A stretch of DNA of 38,373 bases from Flavobacteriaceae bacterium (GTDB taxonomy: Bacteria > Bacteroidota > Bacteroidia > Flavobacteriales > Flavobacteriaceae): assembly GCA_018623655.1 (NCBI GenBank), contig JAAZVG010000001.1:1-38373 (forward strand). The letters are read 5' to 3'. A program made the position numbers and the translations under genes. Within the stretch, counting starts at the first letter, position 1; every line of letters begins with the position of its first letter. This document shows, in pieces, positions 16,824 through 27,751 of the stretch. The notes beneath the pieces are model-generated. The model did no database searches. It had not been told where the DNA came from and worked only from the letters and a program-made list of their open reading frames with translations.

Positions 16824-18387
16824 CTTCTAGTGTTGATGACCTAAACTCAGGTGACAAAAATCGAAGTGAGAGCTTGGTAATGCGATAATGTGAAGCAGCT
16901 GCGTATTCTAAAGCGTCTGGCCGCAAAGTCTTAAGTTTTTGGTAAGCATCGAGATCGACAAGCACATACACTCTATGGCTATTTACTAGCTCATCAATGA
17001 TAACTTCATCTACATGCCTTTGCAGAAAGAAATCCAAATTCCATGTGTGCTTATTGGTGGCATTTACCAGCTGCACTTCATGAAGATCTAACATCTTACT
17101 AAAGGTAATATCCGATTGATATTTTAACAATTTTGGATAGAAAACACTAAAAGCGAGAAAATTAAATATGAGTACACCAGAGAAGAGCCACGTAATCATA
17201 GAAGTGCTGCGACGATAGAAAACCCATGCTAGAACTGCCAATATTATAAAAATTACTGGAAGTGCGTAGAGATAAAATGGAATACAAATTAACACCGAAG
17301 CAATCGCATAAATACTGAAAGTAGTTATAGCAAGGAGTTTTCCGATCTTTTGTTTTGATAACAATGAAATTGCCGGTGCAAAAACAAGCGTAATAAGTGG
17401 TAAAAGAACGTTTAAGTAGTGTGGAAGCTTAAACTGAGCAAAACTCATTAATGTGAGTAAAAGGAATAAGACTAAGGATAAACTTCGTAAAACCACTTGG
17501 GACGAATTCAATTTAAAGGCCTTAAGAAGGCCAAAGATTCCGACCAAAGTAAAAGGCATAAAAGCCCATAGCAAGGTGTGGAAGAAGAAGAATGGATCAT
17601 TACCCGTACTCCCGTGTCCTTCTCCACTCAGTCGTTCAAAACTCTGCTCCCAGAATAAAAATTTGATACCCGATCGGTTTCCAATACCTCTAACGCTAAG
17701 TTCAGGATGTAGATCAAACTGTATATAATACGCGTAAAGTACTGGAATAAGCGCTAAAAGAAATACAATCAATGCCCAAAGTGTAGAAAACCGGAAAAGT
17801 AATCTCCATTTATTATTAGCGTTTAAGAGTGCAAGAACAACTCCACCAATAACTACGATAGCGATAAGTCCTTTTGTAGAGAAGGCTAATCCTGCAATTA
17901 AAGCACCCCATAAAAGATGTGGGAATTTTTCCTCATAAATGTAGCGAGCCAGATAATAAATTGACCATGCTACAAACCCGGTAAGAACAGCATCTGTCCG
18001 AAGATCAAAACCCGCAAGAATAATCGTTTGTGAAGCAATAAAAACGGTGCCGCTTAAGCAAGCTACTTTTTCATCATACAGTAACTTTGATGTCTTAAAA
18101 ACAAAGTAGGCTCCGGTAAACAATAATAAAACTCCTGGAAGGCGATACGCAAAAGAATGAATACCGAACAACTTCATACTAATTGCAGCAAGCCAGAAGT
18201 GTAAATGGGGTTTATCAAGGTAAGGGAGTGATCCTTTATATAGGTGAATGAAGTCATTCTCGACAACCATTCGACTAGCCATGGCAGCAAATTGTGCTGA
18301 ATCATTCTCCATTAAAGGGAGTAGCATTCCCAAAAAATAGAGTACGCTAAATAAAAAAAGCCAATAAATGGTTGATTTTGTATTCAA
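16798..18387 (-). CDS. GT-C fold glycosyltransferase (family 39 / ArnT-PMT_2-like)
   Basis: 529 aa, polytopic. First-loop 'ENDSAQFAAMA ... LPYLDKPHLHFWL' is typical of ArnT/PMT-like enzymes. TTG start overlapping the PAP2 stop (TTGA). Confidence 0.8.
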   Translation of the reverse strand: MNTKSTIYWLFLFSVLYFLGMLLPLMENDSAQFAAMASRMVVENDFIHLYKGSLPYLDKPHLHFWLAAISMKLFGIHSFAYRLPGVLLLFTGAYFVFKTSKLLYDEKVACLSGTVFIASQTIILAGFDLRTDAVLTGFVAWSIYYLARYIYEEKFPHLLWGALIAGLAFSTKGLIAIVVIGGVVLALLNANNKWRLLFRFSTLWALIVFLLALIPVLYAYYIQFDLHPELSVRGIGNRSGIKFLFWEQSFERLSGEGHGSTGNDPFFFFHTLLWAFMPFTLVGIFGLLKAFKLNSSQVVLRSLSLVLFLLLTLMSFAQFKLPHYLNVLLPLITLVFAPAISLLSKQKIGKLLAITTFSIYAIASVLICIPFYLYALPVIFIILAVLAWVFYRRSTSMITWLFSGVLIFNFLAFSVFYPKLLKYQSDITFSKMLDLHEVQLVNATNKHTWNLDFFLQRHVDEVIIDELVNSHRVYVLVDLDAYQKLKTLRPDALEYAAASHYRITKLSLRFLSPEFRSSTLEVRRVLWLP

Positions 18388-18947
18388 TCCCTCTTATTTA
18401 AAATAAATTTCCAATAAAGATTCGAAAATAGAATCCCCCAGAGACTACCAAATAAAGCACCTGTGATAATATCTATCGGATAATGAACGCCAAGATATAC
18501 TCTGCTATAAGTCATTAGAAACGCCCATAACAACAACCAGCGAACAGCAGGTATATATCTTCTTAGAACACCAATAAAAAAGGTTGCAAAGGCAAAACTA
18601 TTTGATGCGTGACCCGAAAAGAAACTAAATCTACCTCCACAATAGTCCAAGTCTCGAAGTAATGCAATCATTTCAGGATCATGACAAGGACGTAACCTCA
18701 TAAAACCATTCTTAAATAAGTTAGTAACCTGATCAGAAACGGTTATAAGGAGCGCGACAAAGACCAACAAATACAAAAAACGCTCTCTTCCCAGCTTCCT
18801 AAAAGAAAGGTAGAGCATGAAAAGATAAAGCGGAATACTATTCTCCTTTTTAGTAATAAAAAACCAAAAGGGATCCGCTGATGGACTGCCTATTTGCTGA
18901 ATCCATAAAAGGAGACTTTTATCAAATTCAATAAGAGATTCAATCAT
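18384..18947 (-). CDS. PAP2-superfamily membrane phosphatase (LpxE/LpxF/BcrC-like)
   Basis: All three acid-phosphatase motifs are present: 'KNGFMRLRP', 'SGH', 'SRVYLGVHYPID'. Confidence 0.85.
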   Translation of the reverse strand: MIESLIEFDKSLLLWIQQIGSPSADPFWFFITKKENSIPLYLFMLYLSFRKLGRERFLYLLVFVALLITVSDQVTNLFKNGFMRLRPCHDPEMIALLRDLDYCGGRFSFFSGHASNSFAFATFFIGVLRRYIPAVRWLLLWAFLMTYSRVYLGVHYPIDIITGALFGSLWGILFSNLYWKFILNKRD

Positions 18948-19174
18948 TAGGAGTCACTTCGCTCAAATTCACGATCATAAAATTCTAAAGCTTCTTTTAC
19001 AAAGTTTTCAGCTTCTTTAGGAAGGAGTTCTTCATCCTCTACAGAAAAATTTTCAAACCATTGAATCTCGTCATTGGTCACGTTAAGAATGAAACGAGGA
19101 AATTCAGTATGAACTACAAAAACAACCTCTGGCAAATCAGAATTGTCAGCAATAAGGTATTTAGGTATTAGCAT
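18947..19174 (-). CDS. Hypothetical acidic 75-aa protein
   Basis: ATG start. Overlaps the MATE 3' end by 14 nt and shares one base with the PAP2 start (TAATG). No TM segment or signal peptide. No family recognised. Confidence 0.5.
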   Translation of the reverse strand: MLIPKYLIADNSDLPEVVFVVHTEFPRFILNVTNDEIQWFENFSVEDEELLPKEAENFVKEALEFYDREFERSDS

Positions 19175-20546
19175 TTACGTTTATTTTATGGGTTACTAGA
19201 TAATTAAATCGAACATACAAAAGTATCGAAGAAACAGTAAGTCCGGCTAATAAACCTATCCAAATACCCTCAGTACCAAGATCAGTTCTTAGTCCGAGGT
19301 AATAGGATATTGGGAAACCAACTAGCCAATAAGATATAAAAGTGATTACAGCCGCAATTCGAACGTCTTGCATACCACGCAGAGCACCAATAATAACAAC
19401 TTGGATACCATCTGAGATCTGAAATAAAGCGGACCAAAGAAGTAAAATACTTGCAAGACCTAGCACATAGACATTATCACTACCATTTTCTAAATCCGAA
19501 CTGTTAAGATAGAGGTACGGCAAATCATTTCTGAAGAGCAAAAAGAATAATGCAAAGCTAATTTGTAGTAATAGCGTTAAGAAAAATATAGATTGTGCTA
19601 CCTCTTTAAGTTTGAGATAATCTCGACGTCCAAGTTGGTTTCCAACGCGAATCATCGCTGCCACGCTAAGTCCCATTCCCACCATATAAGTCATCGAAGA
19701 AAGATTTAAGGCTATTTGATTAGCCGCCTGATCAAGTGTTCCTAAAATGCCACTCAACCAAATTGCTGAGGTAAATAAGGTGACTTCAAAGAACACCTGT
19801 AAAGACGAAGGCAGTCCGATGGCTAAAATTCGCCTAGAAAATTTAAAACTTACCCATCTCAAATTCAACCCATCGAGATAAGGATTGTAAAAGGAGTCTA
19901 AACGCAAAAAGATTAACAAGAGAATTACCATAACAATTCTCGAAATCAATGTCCCAAGTGCTGCTCCAATTACTCCCATCTCAGGAAAACCAAATTTTCC
20001 GAAAATAAGGAGGTAATTGAAAATTATATTGATCAAATTACCAAGAAGCGAAGCATACATGGGTTTGCGTGTTCTAGATAAACCATCACACAATTGTTTC
20101 AACGCCTGAAAGATCATCATTGGAATTAATGAGATCGCAACAATCCAAAGAAACGGTACAGCAAAAATCAGTACTTCCTCAGGCTGACTCATTCTGTTCA
20201 TAAGTGGACTTGCTGCTATAATTATAATAGTAAGTACTACACCTACAACAGTACAAATCCAAAGACCGTGTCGAAATACTTTTCTAACGCCTAAGATTTT
20301 CCCATTTCCATCTGCCTCAGCGATTAGGGGAGTAATGGCAGTAGACAAACCTATCCCTAATGACATAGCTATAAATAAGAAACTGTTTCCTAAAGAAACA
20401 GCAGCTAGTTCGGTCGGCCCCAACTGACCTACCATAATATTATCAGCAAAAGCAACAAAGGTGTGACCAAGCATTCCTAAAATTACAGGGAAAGCTAGTT
20501 TGAAATTGTACGGAATCTCTTGGAGGTATTTGGATATGCTAATCAT
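19161..20546 (-). CDS. MATE family (MOP superfamily) transporter
   Basis: 461 aa, 12 TM segments, NorM-like N-terminus 'LAFPVILGMLGHTFVAFADNIMVGQLG'. Confidence 0.88.
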   Translation of the reverse strand: MISISKYLQEIPYNFKLAFPVILGMLGHTFVAFADNIMVGQLGPTELAAVSLGNSFLFIAMSLGIGLSTAITPLIAEADGNGKILGVRKVFRHGLWICTVVGVVLTIIIIAASPLMNRMSQPEEVLIFAVPFLWIVAISLIPMMIFQALKQLCDGLSRTRKPMYASLLGNLINIIFNYLLIFGKFGFPEMGVIGAALGTLISRIVMVILLLIFLRLDSFYNPYLDGLNLRWVSFKFSRRILAIGLPSSLQVFFEVTLFTSAIWLSGILGTLDQAANQIALNLSSMTYMVGMGLSVAAMIRVGNQLGRRDYLKLKEVAQSIFFLTLLLQISFALFFLLFRNDLPYLYLNSSDLENGSDNVYVLGLASILLLWSALFQISDGIQVVIIGALRGMQDVRIAAVITFISYWLVGFPISYYLGLRTDLGTEGIWIGLLAGLTVSSILLYVRFNYLVTHKINVNANT

Positions 20547-21319
20547 TTCCGTTTAGCTTCTTCCCAATAAACATCCATTTCTGCCAAGGTCATCTCAGAC
20601 AATAATTTACCCTCTTTTTTAGCCTTTTCTTCTAAATATTGAAATCGATAAATAAACTTCTTGTTTGTGCGCTCGAGCGCATTTTCAGGATTAATTTTTA
20701 AAAAACGGGCATAATTAATCAGTGCAAAGAGAATATCTCCAAACTCAGATTCCATTCGATCTTTATCCGCCTTAGAAACTTCTTCTGAAAACTCTTGCAA
20801 CTCTTCTTTAACCTTGTCGAAAACCTGTTCTGGTTGCTCCCAGTCAAAACCAATTCCTGCAGCTTTTTCTTGAATTCTTTGTGCTTTCACAAGGGCAGGT
20901 AAACTTCTGGGTACACCTTCAAGCACTGATTTTTTACCTTCCTTAAGCTTTAATTTCTCCCAGTTTCGTTTTACCTCAGCCTCATCAGCTACCGTAACAT
21001 CTCCGTAAATATGGGGATGCCTATCAACTAATTTATTACTAATAGCTTCAGCAACCTTTCCAATATCGAATAAACCCTTCTCATCTCCAATTTTAGAATA
21101 AAAAGCGATGTGTAGTAGCAAATCACCTAACTCCTTCTTTATTTCCTCCATATCCTCTTCGATAATCGCATCAGCTAACTCATAGGTCTCTTCAATGGTA
21201 AGTGTTCTTAAGGTTTGCATTGTTTGCTTCTTATCCCAGGGACATTGAGCTCTAAGATCGTCCATAATATGGAGCAAACGCGCTATTGATTTTAGAGATT
21301 CTTCGTGTTTGTTTTTCAT
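20543..21319 (-). CDS. mazG: Nucleoside triphosphate pyrophosphohydrolase MazG (tandem-domain form)
   Basis: 'LRAQCPWDKKQT ... EETYELADAI ... ELGDLLLHIAFY', with a second repeat 'EFGDILFALINYARF'. Confidence 0.9.
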   Translation of the reverse strand: MKNKHEESLKSIARLLHIMDDLRAQCPWDKKQTMQTLRTLTIEETYELADAIIEEDMEEIKKELGDLLLHIAFYSKIGDEKGLFDIGKVAEAISNKLVDRHPHIYGDVTVADEAEVKRNWEKLKLKEGKKSVLEGVPRSLPALVKAQRIQEKAAGIGFDWEQPEQVFDKVKEELQEFSEEVSKADKDRMESEFGDILFALINYARFLKINPENALERTNKKFIYRFQYLEEKAKKEGKLLSEMTLAEMDVYWEEAKRK

Positions 21320-21324
21320 ACCTC

Positions 21325-22992
21325 TTATACTTTTATGCGTTCACTATTGATCGTACCTGGAAGATTTCCTGAACTCACGCTAAAGCGAAGTTGAGTATCT
21401 GATTTTATTTCAGGGAGAACAACCTCGAAGTTTAGGATCAACGCTCCCTTAGAAACGATGTTAAGGTCACTAAGAAGCACTCGTTCTGCTAAAACCCGTT
21501 CACCCTTCAATGAATACAATAATAACTGGACAGGCTCCCTTCTTGAAGAGAGAATATCAAAATCATAAGGGTTTTCAATTTTTATATTTCCAACCAGTTG
21601 GGTTTTATCCTCACTTAATTCGATAGCTATGGGTGTTACCTGAATCTTATCCAATGCATTGAACTGACGAAAACGTCTAAAGTGTATTTGGGCCCCATTC
21701 GGTGCATCAACAGTTTGGTAGAACTCTTGGCCTCTTTTATTATGGATAACAAAAACCGGTTCTCCTCTGAAGTAATCTTCATAGCCCCAGTAATCAAATT
21801 GCGTATTATTAAAATAAAAGGTACTTAATGTATGTGCCGGTTCTCCTGTGTAAAACTGATATCTTGAGGCATTTTCGTAGCTATTGATGAACACCACATT
21901 CATTCCCTTAGAAAGCTCTTGAACCTTTTCAGCCCAAGCCTTCCAATTGTGTAATGGTTCAGTCTTAATCGGGATGGTTTCAGGAACAAAATCGTAAACA
22001 AGATACATTCGAAAGAGCACTAAGAACAAGAATGAGACTCTAGCCAATCGGCGAAAAACAATCGATAATTTTAAATTTGTTTCTAATACAGGAAAGGCTA
22101 AAACAATCAGCGGAACTAAAACAATACTTGTCCAGTGCTTGTGTATGAAAACTCTAAATGATTGCCAGAAGAAAAACGAAAGCACTCCTACCAAAACAAA
22201 TAGTAACGCTCTAGAAAATGCATCAGTATATTTTCTTTTAAAAAGTGCATAAAGCATCGGTAAGCTCACCAAGGGGCCGAGCACTAACGGCTGACTCGCT
22301 ACATAACCTAAAACGTTTGACCATTTAAAAGAAATATCTGATCTACCGTTCAAGTGAAATCTAAGACTTGAGAAGTTATTATCAATCAACCAAAATAAAT
22401 GAGGTAACATTAGAATCACAGTAAATAGCACAGCTAACCAGAAATACCGATTCTTTAATAGTTGCCAATTAGAAAGAAGGGTGAATAAAACAACCAAAAC
22501 TCCATGGTATTTACTTAGAAACATACCGGCAATAGCAAGCGCGACGCCCAATGCATTGAAAATATTGCTTCGATCAAGAAATCGTTTGTAGAACCAAAAA
22601 AACAGTACCTCAAAGAACAATAACGGAACATCTGTTTTTACTAAAAAGCTTCCGGCATGTACAGCCAGTAAACCGAGCGCTAAAAACATAAAATTCCTAA
22701 GACCTTTTCTACCTAGTAAATCGTAAATCAACCATAGGGTTGAGACACTGAGTAAGGATGAAAACAACCGAACACCCAATTCATTTTCAATTAGCTCATA
22801 TCCCAAGTATCCAAAAAATGCAACTGCTGGCGGATGATCTAAATAACCCCAATTTAAAGTCCTTGAAAATAACCAGTAATACGCCTCTTCGCCCGAGAGT
22901 GGCATAAGTGCCGACTGAATTAATGCAAGAAACAACCACGCTGAAAAAAAAAGAATTCGATGGGTTGATGTATCTGCAATCTTAAATGACAT
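21325..22992 (-). CDS. Second, divergent GT-C/PMT_2-type glycosyltransferase with a roughly 215-aa soluble C-terminal domain
   Basis: 'GEEAYYWLFSRTLNWGYLDHPPAVAFFG' corresponds to the DEAYYW...GY.DHPP pattern of the ArnT-family GT39-like proteins. Polytopic N-terminal two thirds. Confidence 0.75.
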   Translation of the reverse strand: MSFKIADTSTHRILFFSAWLFLALIQSALMPLSGEEAYYWLFSRTLNWGYLDHPPAVAFFGYLGYELIENELGVRLFSSLLSVSTLWLIYDLLGRKGLRNFMFLALGLLAVHAGSFLVKTDVPLLFFEVLFFWFYKRFLDRSNIFNALGVALAIAGMFLSKYHGVLVVLFTLLSNWQLLKNRYFWLAVLFTVILMLPHLFWLIDNNFSSLRFHLNGRSDISFKWSNVLGYVASQPLVLGPLVSLPMLYALFKRKYTDAFSRALLFVLVGVLSFFFWQSFRVFIHKHWTSIVLVPLIVLAFPVLETNLKLSIVFRRLARVSFLFLVLFRMYLVYDFVPETIPIKTEPLHNWKAWAEKVQELSKGMNVVFINSYENASRYQFYTGEPAHTLSTFYFNNTQFDYWGYEDYFRGEPVFVIHNKRGQEFYQTVDAPNGAQIHFRRFRQFNALDKIQVTPIAIELSEDKTQLVGNIKIENPYDFDILSSRREPVQLLLYSLKGERVLAERVLLSDLNIVSKGALILNFEVVLPEIKSDTQLRFSVSSGNLPGTINSERIKV

Positions 22993-23031
22993 AACTCAGT
23001 AATTAAAGACGAAAATAGGCGATTTTATTTC

Positions 23032-24213
23032 CTACTCAGAAATGACACCAGATCCAACCAATTCATTTTCTATATACCATGCCACAAATTGGCCTGGAGT
23101 AATTGCCGATTGAGGTTCATCAAATTTAACGTAGGTGGCGTTTTCTTTTATAATTATAGAAGCCTGCTGTAAGGGTTGACGATAACGAATTCTCGCTTGA
23201 ACCCTCAACGCTCCTCTTAAATCAGGTCGAATCCAATGAACTTCTTCCCTATTTATTTTAAGGGCAGATCGATACAACCCCGGATGATCACTTCCTTGTC
23301 CAACATAAAGTACATTGCTATCGGTATCTACACCAATGACGAACAAAGGTAGTGACGTACCTCCAACTGCAAGCCCTTTTCGCTGACCTACCGTAAAATA
23401 GTGTGCTCCTCTGTGCTTGGCGAGCACCTTTCCCATTTCAGCTTGGTATTCAAAAGGCTTAGATAAGTCTTCTGGGGTATCTTTATTCTTCGAATGATAC
23501 ACCGAATGATCGGGAGCAATTTCAATGATCTGACCTTCTTTGGGTTTTAATTGTTGTTGTAAAAAGTCTGGGAGTCGAACCTTTCCTATAAAGCAAAGTC
23601 CTTGGGAATCACGCTTCTCAGCCGTAATCAGATTGGCTTCTTTAGCAATCTTACGAACCTCTGATTTTTGAAGATGACCAATAGGAAACATTGCTTTGGC
23701 TAATTGATCTTGATTTAATTGACAAAGGAAATACGACTGATCTTTAGATGAGTCTGCCCCTTTTAAAAGTCGGTATATATGCTCTCCATCCTTGTTTATT
23801 ACCTCTTTTTGACAGTAATGACCTGTGGCTACATAATCAGCGCCAAGCGATAAGGCAATCGATAAAAACACATCAAATTTTATCTCACGATTACATAATA
23901 CATCTGGATTTGGAGTTCTACCTACCTTATACTCCGCAAACATGTAATCGACGATTCGTTTCCTGTAGGTTTCGCTGAGATCGACCGTTTGAAAAGGTAT
24001 CCCCAATTTATCAGCAACAATAAGTGCGTCGTTACTGTCTTCTAACCAAGGGCATTCATCTGAAATTGTAACTGAATCATCGTGCCAATTCTTCATAAAC
24101 AGACCAATCACCTGATAGCCCTGTTGCTTGAGTAAATAAGCGGTTACACTTGAATCTACTCCACCTGAAAGACCGACAACAACTTTGGTCTGATTAATAG
24201 GCTTCGTTGCCAT
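23032..24213 (-). CDS. mnmA: tRNA 2-thiouridine(34) synthase MnmA
   Basis: PP-loop '[17 protein letters not shown]', '[12 protein letters not shown]', 'KDQSYFL'. Confidence 0.95.
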   Translation of the reverse strand: MATKPINQTKVVVGLSGGVDSSVTAYLLKQQGYQVIGLFMKNWHDDSVTISDECPWLEDSNDALIVADKLGIPFQTVDLSETYRKRIVDYMFAEYKVGRTPNPDVLCNREIKFDVFLSIALSLGADYVATGHYCQKEVINKDGEHIYRLLKGADSSKDQSYFLCQLNQDQLAKAMFPIGHLQKSEVRKIAKEANLITAEKRDSQGLCFIGKVRLPDFLQQQLKPKEGQIIEIAPDHSVYHSKNKDTPEDLSKPFEYQAEMGKVLAKHRGAHYFTVGQRKGLAVGGTSLPLFVIGVDTDSNVLYVGQGSDHPGLYRSALKINREEVHWIRPDLRGALRVQARIRYRQPLQQASIIIKENATYVKFDEPQSAITPGQFVAWYIENELVGSGVISE

Positions 24214-24225
24214 TCAAACACGAAT

Positions 24226-26043
24226 CTATTTTAATTTCTTTTGTTGTTCTGCCTGCTCCATCATCTGTCGCATACGTCGCTGAAATTTACTCTCCTTAGC
24301 AGGTTTTTGCTTGTTGGCTTGAACCTGGAGATGAATTCGATTTTCATCGATTATATAATTCTTAATAACTAACATAATCACAATGGTCAACAAGTTTGAA
24401 ATAAAATAATACAAGCTAAGACCTGAAGCATAGTTATTAAAGAAAAACAGCATCATTACCGGTGACAGGTACATGATAAATTTCATGTTTGGCATGCCAG
24501 GTTGCTGTTGCATCTGCATCGTTTGACCTGTTGTCATTTGCATGTAAAAGAAAATGGCAACTGACGCTAAAATTGGGAATAAGCTGATATGATCTCCATA
24601 GAAAGGTATAGTGAACGGAAGATCAACCACGGTATCGTAAGAAGACAAATCATCTACCCATAAAAACGATTTTTGTCTTAGAATAAATGAAGTCGGGAAA
24701 AAACTAAATAGAGCGTAAAAAATAGGAAGCTGCAATAAAGCCGGCACACATCCGCTCATCGGATTCACTCCAGCTAGATTATAGAGCTTCATCGTTTCCT
24801 GCTGTTTCTTCATTGCATTTTTAGCATACTTCTCATTAATCTCCTTTACTTCAGGCTGAATAACCCTCATTTTGGCCTGAGAAACATAACTCTTGTAAGT
24901 AACGGGTGAAAGAGCTATTCGAACGACAAATGTCATAACGATAATAGCGATACCAAAAGGCATAAATCCAGCTAGAAAATTAAAGAACGGAGTAAAAATA
25001 TACTTGTTTATTGTTCCGAAGATTCCCCATCCAAAAGGTATAGAATCTATTAAATCATATTGGCTGTAAGTTGCAAAGGTTTTAGAATCAGTAGGACCAA
25101 AGTACAAATACATCGATTCATTACTACCTCTAGATAAGCTCTCTAACTCAACTAAAGCCTGGTATCGTTTAGTGTGTAAGGCCGCCTTAGACTCTTCTTT
25201 CACCAAATTCTCTGATGTCAAATCTGCCTTACTAAACTTAGATTTACTACCTAAAATAGCACTAAAGAAGTGGTGTCGAAACGAGATCCACTTAAGATCA
25301 CTCTCTTCCTCCTCGTCTAATTCAGAAGTTGCACTCAACTTTTTAATCGACTCATCTTCTAAGCGATAGGTTAAACGCGTATATCGGTTTTCGTACTGAA
25401 TACTCTGGTCGTTACGTGGAGCCGTGTAATTCCAAGATAAAATTGCAGGTTGCGAGGATAAATAAGGAGATAGTTGAGTGGTATTGATATCAAAATCAAT
25501 TAAATAATGATCGTTTTGGATTAGATATTTAAACTCTAAGAAGGCTCCTTCAGCTATCTCAGATCTAAAAATAACGCTTGTTTGGTCTTCTTCGCGAACC
25601 ACCTCTGGTTCAAAATACAACTCATTGGTATTTAAATTCATCCCCTTTGCGCTAACCAATTTTAGATTAAGGTCAGAAAAATCAGGTTGCACAATTTCTA
25701 TCGGCTGATCTTCGTGGTTCGTAAAATTTATTAATGTAACAGCTGTTAATTGTCCACCGACTCTCGAAAATTCTAATTCAAAGTGATCAGTATTTACCCG
25801 AACTGGCTCGTATGACAGTTGGTTGTTTTTAGGAGTTAATGCAGTAGTCTCCGATTCTGAAATCGGGGGTGTCACAAATTCTTTTTCAGAAATTACCTCT
25901 TCTGTCACCGATTGGGCGGCAAGTGCCTTCTGTGCCTCAATTTCTTCAGGTGTAGGCTGGTTGATGTAAAACCAACCTATCATTATGGCAAAGATTAGAA
26001 CAAAGCCAATAATTGCATTTTTATCTATCCCCTTTTCTTCCAT
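24226..26043 (-). CDS. yidC: Membrane protein insertase YidC (long form with a large periplasmic domain)
   Basis: 605 aa. N-terminal TM segment, a large P1 domain, a conserved C-terminal 5-TM core ('GCVPALLQLPIFYALF'), and a basic tail. Confidence 0.93.
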   Translation of the reverse strand: MEEKGIDKNAIIGFVLIFAIMIGWFYINQPTPEEIEAQKALAAQSVTEEVISEKEFVTPPISESETTALTPKNNQLSYEPVRVNTDHFELEFSRVGGQLTAVTLINFTNHEDQPIEIVQPDFSDLNLKLVSAKGMNLNTNELYFEPEVVREEDQTSVIFRSEIAEGAFLEFKYLIQNDHYLIDFDINTTQLSPYLSSQPAILSWNYTAPRNDQSIQYENRYTRLTYRLEDESIKKLSATSELDEEEESDLKWISFRHHFFSAILGSKSKFSKADLTSENLVKEESKAALHTKRYQALVELESLSRGSNESMYLYFGPTDSKTFATYSQYDLIDSIPFGWGIFGTINKYIFTPFFNFLAGFMPFGIAIIVMTFVVRIALSPVTYKSYVSQAKMRVIQPEVKEINEKYAKNAMKKQQETMKLYNLAGVNPMSGCVPALLQLPIFYALFSFFPTSFILRQKSFLWVDDLSSYDTVVDLPFTIPFYGDHISLFPILASVAIFFYMQMTTGQTMQMQQQPGMPNMKFIMYLSPVMMLFFFNNYASGLSLYYFISNLLTIVIMLVIKNYIIDENRIHLQVQANKQKPAKESKFQRRMRQMMEQAEQQKKLK

Positions 26044-26045
26044 TT

Positions 26046-27674
<1,629 letters not shown>

Positions 27675-27751
27675 TTACGGGGCATAAAGGTACAAACTTT
27701 GACTAGAGCGTAAGCATTAAGTTGCGTATCTTTTGCGATAAATCTAAAACA

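Noticed and set aside
19161-21319. MazG plus the MATE transporter (and RecQ at 3236..5431) as parts of an anti-phage or toxin-linked system.
   Set aside because: - This MazG is the canonical tandem-domain housekeeping form.
- There is no adjacent mazEF, nuclease, SIR2/TIR, or other defence-type partner.
- RecQ has the full housekeeping architecture with HRDC.
- The flanks are core genes with no mobile-element hallmarks.
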